Shown one piece after another: positions 13,284-27,000 of a stretch of 64,000 nucleotides of DNA. Both the position numbers and the translations under genes were made by a program. The notes under the pieces were generated by a model. It had not been told where the DNA came from. It worked only from the letters and a program-made list of their open reading frames with translations, and searched no databases. The first letter of the stretch is position 1; every line of letters begins with the position of its first letter. The stretch is from contig JBHGNT010000001.1 in NCBI GenBank assembly GCA_043228905.1, positions 25,172,001 through 25,236,000 on the forward strand. Direction: 5' to 3'. Origin of the DNA: Azolla caroliniana (taxonomy: Eukaryota; Plantae; Polypodiophyta).

Positions 13284-16200
13284 ATCCCATGATTAACTAG
13301 TTGGAGGCTTCTTCAAGTCAAGGAGATTGATATGAGCCATCTATCTTTTCCTTCTTTCTTTAACGTGATTTATTTTTTATGCTGTGCTCCAGCAAACGTT
13401 AACAAGATTATGATTGTATAATTTTTCTACCTGTAAAAGCAGCGGTTGATGCTACTATATGCCATACAATTGATCAAAACTCTGTAGGATTTTGCCTTGT
13501 TGCTGATATCTTCCTTCTTAATCACTTCTTATCAGCTCAGGAAGTCTTCAAATCCATGTTATTAAACTTCTTTATAGAAGCTTGGTAATGTATACAGCTT
13601 GATATATATGTATGCATACTTGTAAGAGCTCTAGAGGGATCATTATCACTTGAAGTGACGCCTCTAATAAAATGACTGCAAAGAAAGCATTATCATGATC
13701 ACTGAAGTGACACCTCTGCTAAAATGGCTATTTCCAACGATGGAAATGCTTATCCTAACGACTGCATTGTTTTGGAAATGTAAACATCAGATGAACAGTT
13801 TCTTTTAACCGCGATGGCTAATGTCATGCCACGTTATTCATGATGTCAAACATTTTGTGGTCCAAATCAGCTTGTCAAAGACTTGAATGGGAAACAATCT
13901 GTGGTACCTTAGCACCAAACCATTCTGTTAGTTTGCCATTAGATGTATTAAGTTACCCACTAAAGAAAGCGTGGTCCATCTCTCCCTACCATCTTTGTGT
14001 CAATTTAAAAGAGAACATTCTAATTGCTGCTGGGAAAATGGGAAACAATCTATTCAGACCCTCCAACTTGTAGATTAATTACCGTATAGAGATTTTTTGC
14101 TTTTTTTTCTTGAAAGTGTGTCTTTTGCCTTCTTTTCCTTCAAACACATGACAAACAAGATCCCAAACATTAGATTCATTAGTGTTTCCCTTCCTCATCT
14201 TCATAATACTATTGAACCCTATGTTTCCTTGCTTGTTGATATGAGCCCACACACCCATGCTTGTGATCAGCTCCACGCCAAGCTTTCACCCATACAATGC
14301 TATTGGTGATCCCATGATTTGGTGGTCGACACCATCTTTCAGGCTTGTTTGTACACCAATGAGACCTCCATCGCTTTTGGGTTACCTCCCACATTGGTAG
14401 GATTGCCAAATTGTTCCACCTATGGTCCGAGCTCACCAAGGGTCTTTCTTCCCTATGGGGAACTCACAAGAATAGGTTGTAGGATCGAATGCTCATAGTT
14501 TGATAGTTTTCCTCTTTGGAAGTGCAAAAGAGGTGGTGTTCTTATCTTTAGGTGGGGAGATGAGGTGGTGTTCTTACTTGCAGGGTTGTCCACCATGTTT
14601 GCATGCTTGTACTCTCTTTTTCGGATGCCTTTTGTTTGTATTCATCCATGGGGACATTGCAATCAAGTAGATATTTGATTCCTTTTATCTTGTGAAATAT
14701 GAATAGAGCTGTATTATGGAATCACAAAAGTTTTTCCATGCAAATCTACTCTCTCTCATGAGTCTCTCCTACCATATTTGGATAGATGTCAAGCCTTAAG
14801 TATGGTAAGCCTTTGCGATAGCTAACTAGGGACCAAAATATGGATGCATGGTGATGCTATTGGGTTCTTTGAAGATCAAGTCTCCAATGTGTGAACGATT
14901 TAATAAATCACTTGTGTACTCTCCTTCGTCAGGAGGGGGTTTTCATTCTCGTACAACTCCTCAAGTGGGGGTGGAAGGAGGCTTTAGTGATGCGGAAGTG
15001 GCCGTTGTGTCCCTCTTAGCTTGGTCAATGTTCATAGCGTCTTAGAGGCCTTGAGGAGAGTGATGGAAGCCAAAAATCGGTCAAGTGTGGGGGTGTGAAA
15101 GCAAGATGTGGAACCTTGACGTTATGTTTGGGAATGGAAGAGAGGTGAGAGTATGGAAGAGATGGTGAGGGGATGAATAGATGGACATAGATGCATTGTC
15201 AATGAATAGGGACATCATTGGTTCAAGAAGACTTCATGGAAAAAGGCGTTCTTTTAGTATATAATGGCCTCGTCGACAATCCTCTTACCGAGAGCCATCA
15301 ATCTTGTTCTTGTCTTGAAGTCGCATTAAGTGTTTGGTCAACTTTGTTGTTGGACTCTTGTTCTTGTTGGTATCTAGTTTTTGGGACCCTCATAAACAAA
15401 GTTGTCATATTAGTTGTTTGGAAGTCTCATTTTGAGGTTACATAAGTGTTTGGTCTTTCTTGTTGGGCCTTTCATTGTTGAGCTTGTGTTGCATTTTTTC
15501 CTTTAGATTTCATCCTTCATGAGTCATCTTGAAGACAGTGATGTATCACACATGTTCTCTTTCACTCAATATGGAATTGATGACATTTAGGCAAGTGAAT
15601 GGCAAGTGTAGCTAGGAGAAAAAGAAAAGGAGACAAAGAAGAAGGGTGAAACATAAAGTCATAAAACCCACGATTGGGTGAGCCATGAAATGATTGAATT
15701 CAATTGGATCAAAGGCTATGAAGAATGTATGCCTTCATTATCCATTGCAAAGGTTAATCCCTTTGTGTTGAGAGACAATCGTTATTGTTGTGATAATCAA
15801 TGCTTGTTGTCCATTGTTTAGAGATCAAACACCATAATATCCAGCCGCATGGGTGGCAAGCCGATTTAAACGTCAGTAGTGTTTGCTAGTTGACGAAGGT
15901 TGACAATGGGTTGTCAATGTTGGATGTGGCTATGACAAACATTGATTGAACTTTTTAGTAGCTAACACTTAATTACTTAATAAACAATAGTGGGTATATT
16001 ATATAAACATAATGTAGATGAGGGTAGATCACTAATATTTACAAAATATAACTAAAGGGTATGTTCATTAATATTAGAAAGGGACTAACGTGTTTGGATA
16101 GACGGAGTGATAGGTGCTTACACTATCATGACCTTGATAACCAATGGATGGAGTCTTTTAAAAAACACGTCTATTCAAGAGTTCTTAAAAAAATAATACT

Positions 16201-16712
16201 TAAGATGAAGAGTTAAATATCACAAGATTAAGAGAAGTTGTCATTAGAGAACAACAATTCAATTAATCTCCCTAAGCCTTAAACCCACTCAACTGAAGGT
16301 GATAAGAGGTAAAAATGCTTAGTGCTCATCTAGTGGATGGCACATGTTAGTTGGTCTAGCAATCTCTTTGAATAATTTCCCCAAATTCTTAGGTGACTAG
16401 AGGGTTCCTAAATCCTGACTCTGTATTTAAGAATTGTCCTTTTATGTGACACCTTGTGTAGTTAATCCCAATCTATTATAAACTTATATTCGGCTTTGTG
16501 GATGATTGAAGAGATGAAACCTTAGGCAAAAACTTCCACCTAACTTGAGCTTATTTTTTTGATGCATATATCAAGTACTATTTTCCAGTTTTTATGAGTA
16601 CCTTGCTATAGTGGTAATTTGTTAGATTACCAACTCTAAGGGCTAGAGATCATTGTTTAACCTATCACACTTCTTCATTTTTCTTAATTTACTAGATGCC
16701 ACTATACATTTT

Positions 16713-16772
16713 GAGAGTTAAACACATGACCTTCTAGTATTTGCTAGACAACCTTACCAAATGAGCTACAAC
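16713..16772 (-). other. Degenerate tRNA-like or SINE-head fragment
   Basis: Reverse complement gttgtagctcatttggtaagg...aggtcatgtgtttaactctc has an A-box (tagctcatttgg) and a decayed B-box at tRNA spacing. There is no intact cloverleaf. Confidence 0.4.
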
Positions 16773-16784
16773 AATTTAAAATCT

Positions 16785-16818
<34 letters not shown>

Positions 16819-17992
16819 CACTATTTGAGTATCAATGGAAAAACGTCATTGGAGAGGTAAGAGTTTGTAAAGAAATAAGACATTGAAGAAGTTGCCATCG
16901 GAATGTTGCTTTCATTGTACACAAATGATAAGGTATTTTTTGCATATTTTGTAGAAGATATACAAAGGCTTATGAGGATGTGGGAAGAGTTTTGCATGCA
17001 TACACATTAGTGTCACCAACGTTAAAACGAAGATTATATTTGTGAAGAGATAAATTAAGGAATAAAATAAAACATGCATTGTATTGTGAAATGCACATAA
17101 AAAGAATAAAAACCAGCTTGCTTAGCTTCTTACTTCTTACTCAATTTATAGTAGATACAAAGGTACCCATTTGGGTTGGCTTAGCTACAAGCGTGCTAAA
17201 AGGGTGGCACAAAAGAGCACATGTACACCACAACATGAAGGCATGCACTTGCACCAAAGGGACACTACATTTCCCCCCTGAGAGAAACAAGGAGTTTTAC
17301 GACATGGGGAAAGGACGGGTTTCATTGAGATTGCGTTGTTGGACTGGGAAGTAAACAAGGACTTTGGTTCCATCAACATAAGTCAATGATAGTTTCTCTC
17401 CTATCGGAAAGGTGTAACCAATTTGGTCACTGATAGTCTCTTTTGTGCCAATTTCTAGGCTGTCCAATTTATCCCCGAGCCATCTGGTCTTCCGCTGCTG
17501 CTGGCACAACTCACCACACTTTAGCAACACAACCCCTCCATCAAAGAGATAACCCATTAGTTGCGCTCCATCCAACCATTTCCCTCACAACGACAATTCA
17601 TGCTCTGCAATAACTTGGTGTTCTTCATTCAGGCGCATCACAAGCCTCGCCTCTACATCCCTTGTGCCCTACAACAAACGTACCTCTAATTTTATCACAA
17701 CCACCCATTGTCGGGCCATTTGGGTTTCCAAGCGGTTCTCGAAAAATTGCACCTCAGGTATTACTGGCCCAACATACGACACTCTGTCTCTACCTACATC
17801 AAACAATGTGCTTTGTGTCAGCACATTAAACCTATAGGCAAGCTCGTTGGAATGCTCCACCTTAGCAAAAACATTGCAACGTTTTTTGGGCATGATGACC
17901 TTTTCCCTTCGATTCATCCCGAACCTCGCCTCTATCACTTTTCCTCTCCACTAGCTCTTGAAGAAAGATGTGTCATTCATTTGGATCCTGCT

Positions 17993-18030
17993 TGCGAGAG
18001 GTACGGGGATCGATACCCCACTTCTCCACC
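17993..18030 (+). other. 3' half of tRNA-Ala (positions about 38-75) in place of the primer-binding site
   Basis: tgcgagaggtacggggatcgataccccacttctccacc has 2 mismatches in 38 nt against the recalled plant tRNA-Ala(AGC) 3' half TGCGAGAGGTACGGGGATCGATACCCCGCATCTCCACC. It ends 5 nt from the LTR edge at 18036. Confidence 0.85.
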
Positions 18031-18042
18031 TATTATGTGAAA

Positions 18043-18320
18043 CATAGTATGTAAAATTCGTGTTCGTCTAGTATAATTCGTTTTCCTACGTTGGAAAACG
18101 AATGCGAATGTTATCCAAACATTCTTGTGTTTTTTCTTTTTGTTTTTTTCCCATTTTTTTAATGTTTTTTTTTTTTTCATATCTAGGCTTATCTACCTCA
18201 TAATAAATAGTTAATCCAAAAGTATGGTATTTATCATTCTTTGAGGGTGTTTTTCTTTCGCGAATGATTGAACCATTTGCAAATGCGAATGCACGTATGG
18301 TATGTATGGTTCATACTATG
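18043..18320. mobile_element. hAT-type MITE (278 bp) inserted at the edge of an LTR
   Basis: TIR catagtatg (18043-18051) / catactatg (18312-18320). Perfect 8-bp TSD atgtgaaa at 18035-18042 and 18321-18328. Confidence 0.88.
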
Positions 18321-18639
18321 ATGTGAAATGTACATAAAAATAATCAAAACCAGCTTGCTTAGCTTGTTACTTCTTACTCAATTTATAGTAGATACAGAGG
18401 TACCCATTTGGGTTGGCTTAGCTACATGTGTGCTAAAAGGAACACATGTACACCACAACATGAAGGGAGGCACTTGCACCAAAGGGAAACCACAATATCA
18501 TAAATATCTAAACGAAATGACAAAGGTCTTATGAAGATTCGAACTCATGACCTTTGTTGTGATATATCTAAGCTTTAACTGCGATATATATCTAAGCTTT
18601 GACCAATAGGTTAATATTACAAATAATCTTAAAATCTTG

Positions 18640-19588
18640 CATATGCTAAAGCATAATCACGGAATGACATGCTGCAAAATTTTGCATTCTAGTTTGATGC
18701 AGGTATGAAAAAAGGGTTTGGAAAATGGGATACAATAAATTTGCTTTATGATCCAACAATGAATTCCTCTTCAATGAGGCGAATTTGCACAGTTGATGTA
18801 TCATGACATTGGAACAACGTGGAGGTTCACGCTTGAGACATTATACTACATATGTTGCAACAAACTAAAAAACCCTATTGTTCCTGTTAGAGTCCATCCC
18901 ATTATTTGCCATGTGAACATTTTACCATCTTTAATTTATCCAAGATGTTATTCGCATACTTTTCTTGGAATAGTGATAATGTTCCTAGGCTTTGATTCCT
19001 CGGTACATGTATTCCAAGAAAATGCTCAAATGGTCCAAGATGCTTGATTGGGAAGTGATGTTGTACCTCCTTGATCACCTCTAGTATCTAGCCTTTTTAG
19101 AAGTTCTTGCTATGGGCAAGTCATCCACATACACTCTTAAAATGATAAATTATTTGTCTTCCTCACAGATAGGTTTGATTCAAAGTGAAGATGCGTGAAC
19201 TTGGAATTTAGCAAGAACTTATGTAGTGTGGAATACCATGATTGTGGTGGAGATTGTTTTTAGCCATACAATGTTTGTAACTTACATACATTGTTAGGAT
19301 ACTTGTCATCTTCCATCATTTTGCGTTGTTCCATTTAATAGTCTCTTCTAAATCACCATGAAGTAGAGTTGTTTTGATATCCACACAAATTCTATCTTTG
19401 ACTTCCCATTTAAAAAAAAACTCTTCTTTGTTAACTTATCTAAGGTATATTTCTTGCTAGACGTAGCCAAATTAACTTGGCTCAGATACCATGTAATGAT
19501 TATAATTTATAACATGGAAGGAGATGAGCACAAGAGGTAAGAAAATACTTTAATGGGCATTGGAACTAAAATATAAGCTTGTACATAT
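18640..19588 (-). mobile_element. Old, internally deleted Ty1/copia relic. Its LTR starts at 19492, is split by the gypsy insertion and probably resumes at 29509-29669
   Basis: PBS-Met complement ggctcagatacca (19479-19491) is followed by tgtaatg. Minus-strand RT remnants include DIKTTLLHGDLEETI, VCKLQTLYG and RVYVDDL. The left boundary is approximate. Confidence 0.7.
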
Positions 19589-22500
19589 TGTGAAATGCAC
19601 ATAAAGAGGCTCCAAACCAGTTTGCTTAGCTTCTTACTTCTTGCTCAATTTATAGTCGATACAAAGGTACCCATTTGTGTTGGCTTATCTTAGCTACATG
19701 TGTCCTAAAAAAAGGTGTGCTAAAAAGGGGCACAAAGGAATACATGCACACCACAACATGAAGGCATGAGTGCTAAAAAGGGTGTGCTAAAAGTGGCCAG
19801 AAAGGAACACATGCACACCACATTTCCCCCCTGAGAGAAACAAAGAGTTTTATGACATGGGGAAAGGACAGGTGCTAGAAGATGGGCATGGAGTGGCATA
19901 GTGCTTGATGCGGGCAACATGGGCGGAGGTGAATCGGCCATTGGAATCGCAGATGGTGAACGGGCTGATGCATCGGTGCATGAGGGATTCATTGAGACCG
20001 CGCCGCCGGATCGGGAAGTAAACAAGGACTTTGGTGCCATCCACATAAGTTGGGGTACTTCAACCCACGTCATAGTGCCGCTTCTGGCATTGTTGTGCGA
20101 CTTGCAGGTTTCAGGAGCTGGCCTGTCAATGGAGGAGGTTTGGAATGGACATCAATGGACGATTTAGGTGGAGGTGAGGGTCGTGCCCATAGAGTGCTTG
20201 AAAAGGGCTGATCCGTGTTGACGTCTATACGAATGTATTGTAGGCATGAGTGACGAAAGGCAAGATTTGATCCCAGGTTTTATGGCATGGATCGATGTAA
20301 GTGGCAATCTCCTGCTTGAGGGTCTTGTTGAGGTGTACGGTGAGGCCATTTGACTACGGATGGTATGGGGACGTAAACACCTATTGGACACCTAGTTGAG
20401 CTACAACAACATTGAGGACATCCCCATGGAACTGAGCACCTTGATCAAATAATAGTTGGACGGGGCAACCATGCTGAAAAATTACCTTGTGCAAAAGTTG
20501 GGAGGCGATTGTTGGTCTAGTGATGTCAGGGATGGCCACTTTTAGCACACCCTTTTAGACCAAGATATACTTGTTGCTCCTGGGGGTTTCGGGGAAAGGT
20601 CCCATGAATTCCCATCCGACAAGCTTGAAAGGCGATGTGACAGTGATGGGCTGGAGCGTTCCAATGGGCTTGCATGCAGGTTTGATGTGTTGCCACAAAG
20701 CACATTGTTTGATGTAAGTGGAGACAGAGTGCCGCATGTTGGGCCAGTAATACATGAGGCATAAATTTTCAAGAACATTGTGGAAACCCAAATGGCCCGA
20801 CAATGGGTGATCGTGATAAAATTAGAGGTATGTTTGTTGTAGGGCATGAGGAATGTAGAGGTGAGGTTTGTGATGTGCCTGAATGAAGAACACCAGGTTA
20901 TTGTGGAGCATGAACTGCCATTGTGAGGGAAATGGTTGGAAGGAGTGCAACTGATGGGTTATCTCTTGGATGGTGGGGTCAAGTTGCCGAAGTGTAGCGA
21001 GTTGTGGTAGCGATAGGGGAAGATTGGATGGCTCAGGAGAAATTGGACAACCTAGAAGTCGGCATGAGAGAGACTATTAACGACCAACATGGTTACACCT
21101 TTCCGATAGGAGAGGGTAAATTGATAATCTTGGAGTGCCAACAAGTGACCCGGGGGATGATGTCGATTGGATAAGAGAAAGCAAGGGTTGGTGGTCAGTC
21201 TCAACGGTAACCTGGCCACCATGAAGGTATGGCTGAAACCATTGGAAAGACCAAACGATCGCAAGTAGTTCCTTCTTGGTGGTTGAGTAGTTGCGTTCCC
21301 CGGTGTCAGAGTTCGGCTAATGAAGGCGACCACTTTTTCTTGCGTGTGACAATCGGCTTGCAGGAGGACGACTCCTAGCCCATGGTTAGAGGCGTCTGTT
21401 TGCAACATGAACTTCTTGTCAAAGTTAGGATGGGTGAGCAATGCCGATTCCTAAACCATTGTTTTGAGGCAATGAAAGCAGGATCCTGAACGAAGGACAC
21501 ATCTTTCTCTAGGAGTTGGCGGAGGGGAAAAGTGATAGAGGTGAGGTTTGGGATGAATAAAAGGGAAAAGGTGATCATGCCCAAAAAACATTGCAATGTT
21601 TTTACTGAGGTGGGGTGAGGGTAGTCGGTGATGGTAGCGACCTTTGCAAGGTCCATACGAATTCCATCGCCAGAGATGATGAAGCCAAGAAAACGGAGGC
21701 TGGTGCTTCCCCAACGACATTGCTTCTATTGGAGTAGCAAGTTATATTGAGTTATGCAAACGAGGACATCAATGAGAGTTTTTAGATGGTCCTCCGAAGT
21801 GGTAGTGTGGATAAGGATGTTGTTGAGATAAATGACGAGTACACCTTTCCTTATGAGGGTAGCGAAGATGGAGTTGGCCATGCGTTGGAATGTGTTGTTG
21901 GCGTCAAATAGGTCAAACAACATGCGGGTGAACTGGAACAACCAGTGGTTTTCTGGGCGTCCGAAGGCTTTAGAGGGGCCTGCTAGTATGCCGAGGCTAA
22001 GTCGAGGGAGGTGAAATAATGGGAGCCATTGAGTTGATCCAATAGGTCATCCATGCGAGGGAGCGGGTAATGGTCATGGATAGTCACTTTGTTGAGAGGC
22101 TTGAAGTCGATGCAGAAGCGCAAGGTGCCATCGTCCTTTTTGACAAGGTGGGGTTCCAAATTCCAATCGTTGGTGGAAGGAATGATAATACCTTTGGTGA
22201 GCATGTCGATGACAACATCATCGATGTGATCGTGGTTGAGGGGGGAACGTTGACAGGTATCCCCCGGTATGAATGGCATGTTGTACCAGGAAAGAGATAG
22301 TAGGAGCGTGCGTGGGTTGGAGGGCTAGTGAAGGAAAATGAGCTAACAATTGGCGGATGGAGATCAATCGCTCTTGTGGACTAAGGGCCACCTGGACTTG
22401 GTTGAGGTGGGGGATAAGGGGGTTATCATGTAGGAGGGGGATCGGGGGAGCTTGTGGGATAAGAAGTTGTTGGGCAGCAAAATCAATCATAGTGCGATGC

Positions 22501-23766
22501 TTGAGGAATCAATCACAACCTAAGGTGAGGGGGAAGAGTTGGTGGGGCAAGACATAAAAGTGGTGTGAGAAAGTGAGACTGCCTAAGGTGATGGAGTATC
22601 AGGCTTGCATGTTGGTGATCGCCAAAAAAGACTTGGATGGAGGGAGCGGTGGATCTGGGGAGACCTAACTGGTGAACGACGATGACGTTAATGGATACCC
22701 GCGAAATGGAAGAGGCAGACGATTGGACATGGGGGATTGGCTCTTCCATAATCACCCCGAAGGTCAGTTTCTCGGAAGCTCAACCAAGGATGCTGCATCA
22801 TCAATGGTGATCTGGGCTTGTTGCTTGTGAGATTGTTGTTGCAATTTTCAGCAATGACGTTGAACGTTTCCATAATTGTTGCAGTAGAAGCACTTTGGGT
22901 GCCCTTGGGCATCGTGATTGGGAAGGTTGCGGAGAGCTTGTAGGTGGACGTTTTGGACATCAATGTCCATGGGGACCGCTCCCTGGTACTAGGTGCGCAG
23001 TCAGTCCATGGTGGAGGGGGCCAATGTGGTTGGGAGTCGGATAGTGTACAAGGTTCGATGCGTTGGATGATGAGGATGGCTTCATTGAATGTCTTGGGCC
23101 CTTGGTCCTGGGCGCAGTGGGTGATGTCATGGCGCAAATGGGGCCATAAGAAGAAAAGCTTGACATGCTTGGGCATAGTAGGATCGGCATGAACGAGGAG
23201 TTGATTTAAGCGAACACCAAATTGGCCCACTAGTATGTGCTCTTGTTGTTGCAATGACTTGAGTTGTTGCAATGCCGTGTAGGCTGAATTTTAATGGGCG
23301 AAGTTTTGAACAAGGAGATCCCGGAGGATCACCCAGTTCTCTGTAACTTCACTTGCTTGTTGTACGTTCTAGGTGGCGACGACATTTTCGAGTAGGGTGT
23401 GAACTTCCAAAACTTTGTGCACGTCAGACCAGTGGTGGTAACTAGAGATGATCTCAAAGTGGTCCAACCAAGCTAACACATCCTCAGAGGGCAAGCCGGA
23501 GAAGGACTTCGGACAGACCTTGGAATCTGGCTAATCTTGAGACCGCTCGCTGTTAGTGGAGAGGAAGGAGAGCTTAGCTTGATTCGTGTGGCTAATTTGA
23601 AGCATGGTGTTGGAGAGGACTTGTAGGAGCTGCTCCACTTAGAATGGGGGTGGTTTCTTATGAGGCTGCAGGAACTCAGGCTACATTGGGGCATCAACGT
23701 TGAAGGCGACATGAGGGAGTTGGGATGCCATGAACGAAGTGGTAACGGCTAAAATTTTACCTTGCT

Positions 23767-23964
23767 TGTCGAATACAAATGTATAATGGACGTATTCACA
23801 CTATCCTCTTAGAGAGCCCAAGTTTGGGCTATTTTTGTAAACAACATAAAGGGCAGTTGCCCTAAATGAGTCACTATATAAAGTGACTTTGTAACCTTTT
23901 GTAAAGGTTGGTTGTTCATTGTTGTAGTTGTTGCCCTTTTATGAATATAGATATATTCTTTGTG

Positions 23965-24004
<40 letters not shown>

Positions 24005-27000
24005 TGCGCATTTTGTTCTTGCCTTTCTCATACGCAAGTATTTCTTCCTCACAGTTTCATACTGTGTGATCTCTTCCGCACTGACGGCCTTGTTCACCCC
24101 CTACATTTGGTATCAGAGCTTGGATGTCCTTCATCCCGCTACCGGCCGCCATTCGAATCTTTGGATCACAACATTCTGTTTTTTTTTTCTGTTTTGTATT
24201 TGAAGAAACAGAGAAGAGAGAAGAAGAAGAAAAACGAGGCTTGCATCTCATCGCGTTAGATCATCTTCGCTTGGAGTAAGCCAGCCGGCTGTACTCTGTT
24301 CCTCGTGATCGTAACCGCTCGAGGTGAAATCCCCTTGTGCAACATTGACACGATCGTGCTCCACTCGGTTAAACGGCATCCGAACAGGTCACCGAACGCT
24401 GCTCGCCGCCCGTTGTATCCACTCGGTGCAGATCGGTCTCAAGACAATAACCCCAATTCCTGCTTCATCCGGCTGATCGACATTCGGGAGGATCAATTGG
24501 ATCCGTCTCTCTCGTCGTTGCAGTCACCCGAAGCAGAATCGGTCCAGACAATCGGTTTCAATAATCGATATTTGGCATATATATCCGGAAGCGAACCGGG
24601 CTCACTCCGACTCGGCAACATTCGGGGAGACCAGTCGGTTATGTCCCTCAAGTTACCGGAGTCAATTCGAGCAAGTTCAACAATACATATATCCAAAACC
24701 GAACTGACTCGGGTTCAAATCCGACTAGAACGATATCGGGTGAGCCGACTGGCTGCACTCCAACAAAGTTCGTAGTCAACTCCGAATCGAGCTTCGTCAA
24801 CTGAAACCGAATCTGATGGCATCAACATCCGGCTCATCGGAAATGAGTCTAAGGAGGTTCGACGGTTCGAACTTCAATTTTTGGAAGGAGCAAATGCAGG
24901 ACTATCTTATAGTCAAGGGTCAGATCGATCTGATTGAGAATGAAACTGCTCCAGAAATATACAAGGCAAATGAGTGGCAGAAGCTGGACAGAATCGTCCG
25001 CGCCACGATTCAGATGCGCTTGTCAGAGTCAGTGTACTTCACAGTGCAATCGTGCACGACAGCCTTCGAACTTTGGAAGAAGCTGTCGGAAACCTACGAA
25101 AAGAAGGTCGCCTCAACGAAGATGTATTTGATCCGGCGCCTCTACAACTTGCAGATGAAAGACTCCAATTCGGTTCAGGCACACCTTAACAAGTACGAAA
25201 GTTTGAGCTCCCAAATCTCGTCACAGGGGACGACAATCGAGGATGAAGTCAGAGCAATGATACTCATGAGCAGTCTCCCCTCCTCTTGGGAAACCTTCGT
25301 TACAACTGTGTGCAACGCTTCTACGACTGCCATCAAGTACTCCGAAGTCACAAGTGCAATCCTGACTGAAGCATCTCGGAGAAAGTCTTTCACCAGAGAC
25401 TCGGCAGAACAAGCCTATATAGTACAAGGTTCGACCAACTGATCGAACAACCGGGGAAGAAGCTCTTCCCGACCGCCGACAAATCAACGAAGCCACAGCA
25501 AGTCCCGGGAAACCCGAATCTGCAACTACTGCAAGAAACCAAGACACTTCAAGGCCGACTGTCGGGTACTCAAGTCAAAGACAAACAAAGCTCAGAGAGC
25601 TGATCAGAGGAGTAACCGGCATGAGGAAGTCAACTACGTCTGCTCTTCAGCTGAGATATTGACGACCGACGCGAACATATTGTCCATAGAGAATCCAGTC
25701 GAATCAGAAGTTCTGCTTACGACTGAGGAATCGAGCACATGGCTTCTGGACTCGGGCACGTCGTATCACGTGACACCTCACCGATCACAGTTTCGGCAAT
25801 ATTCGGACCGGCACTCCGACTCAGTTCGAGTCGGAAATTTGTAGCATTGTGCTATCATCGGAATCAGCATCGTAGAGCTCAACCTTCCGGGTGGCTCTAC
25901 ACTCGTACTACACAACGTCCGACACATTCCTGAGCTCTCATGACCCTTGATCTTAGTCGGACAACTTGATGAAGCTGGCATCCGTGCTGGTTTCTCATCA
26001 GGAGGGTGGACACTCCACGGAGGGAACCTCCTGCTTGCTAGAGGACCAAAGGTACACTCATTGTACCCTTTGTATGTCACACTCAGAGAGGGTGACTTAT
26101 TTTTGGTAGATATCCCTGTGTCATCCTTATGGCATGGACGACTTGGACACCTCAGCAAGGCATGCATCACGCACCTATCTAGAGTCGGATACATCCCGAA
26201 ACTCTCCTTCTCGGACCATCAGTTTTGCGAGCATTGCCAGTACGGCAAACAGGTAGTCGCATCACACTCGACATCAGCACCAAGAGAGTCGAGCCCGCTC
26301 GATTTGGTTCACTCGGATGTCTGTGGCCCGATGCCACATCAGTCACTCGGTGGTGCCTCGTACTTCGTCAGTTTCATTGACGACTCGACTCGGAAGGTGC
26401 GGGCTTACCCCATCAGAACCAAAGATCGGGTGTTCTCGATCTTCTCAGATTGGCTCGCAATGGTCGAAAACCAGACCGGTCGGAAACTGAAGTGTCTCCG
26501 AACCGACAATGGAGGTGAGTTCAAATATGATGAATTCGTCAAATTTTGCCGAGAACGCGGCATTAGACGTGAATATACCGCACCATATAGTCCGGAGCAG
26601 AACGGAATCGCAGAACGCATGAATCGGACGATTCAAGAATGCGTTGTATCCATGCTCCAACACTCCGGACTGTCGGATGGCTTCTGGGCAGAGGCTCTAC
26701 TCACGGCAGTACACATAATCAATATGTCGCCAAGTAGACCTCTAGGACTTAAGATACCTCAGGAAATATGGACCGACAGAAAGCCGAATTATGATAAGCT
26801 GAGGATTTTCGGTTGCGAGGCATACGCCCTCATACCGAAAGACGACCGCCGAAAACTCGAACCAAGATCAAGGAAATGCGTTTTCCTCGGGTATGGACCC
26901 GACGGCGAGATCGGATACTGACTCTGGGACCCTGAGCACAGGCAAATCGTCCGAAGTTCGGACGTCGTGTTCAACGAGTCGACTATGCACAAAACGGCCG

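Larger units (their letters stand above)
17085..18494 (-). mobile_element. Non-autonomous rearranged derivative of the tRNA-Ala-primed gypsy family; LTRs 17085-17269 and 18036-18494 (the latter interrupted by a MITE)
   Basis: LTRs tgtgaaatg...caca/taca are homologous to 19589 and 29339. PPT complement tttcccccc is at 17270. The interior consists of fragments of the 19589-29504 element. Flanks are gtat / atat. Confidence 0.85.

Noticed and set aside
13800-15600. Possible decayed retroelement downstream of KUP
   Set aside because: Composition looks formerly coding, but I found no diagnostic motif, termini or TSD. A tBLASTx/HMM search against repeat libraries would be needed.
17993-18030. Functional tRNA-Ala gene
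   Set aside because: Only the 3' half is present; upstream sequence is inverted pol, with no D-arm or A-box.
22755-22785. Gag-pol slippery site in G1 (minus strand gagaaactga)
   Set aside because: The element is too degraded, the heptamer is not canonical, and no downstream structure was confirmed.
24305-24775. 156-aa ORF in the C1 leader
   Set aside because: GTG start, no domain motif, and made of ccga/tcgg-rich leader sequence.
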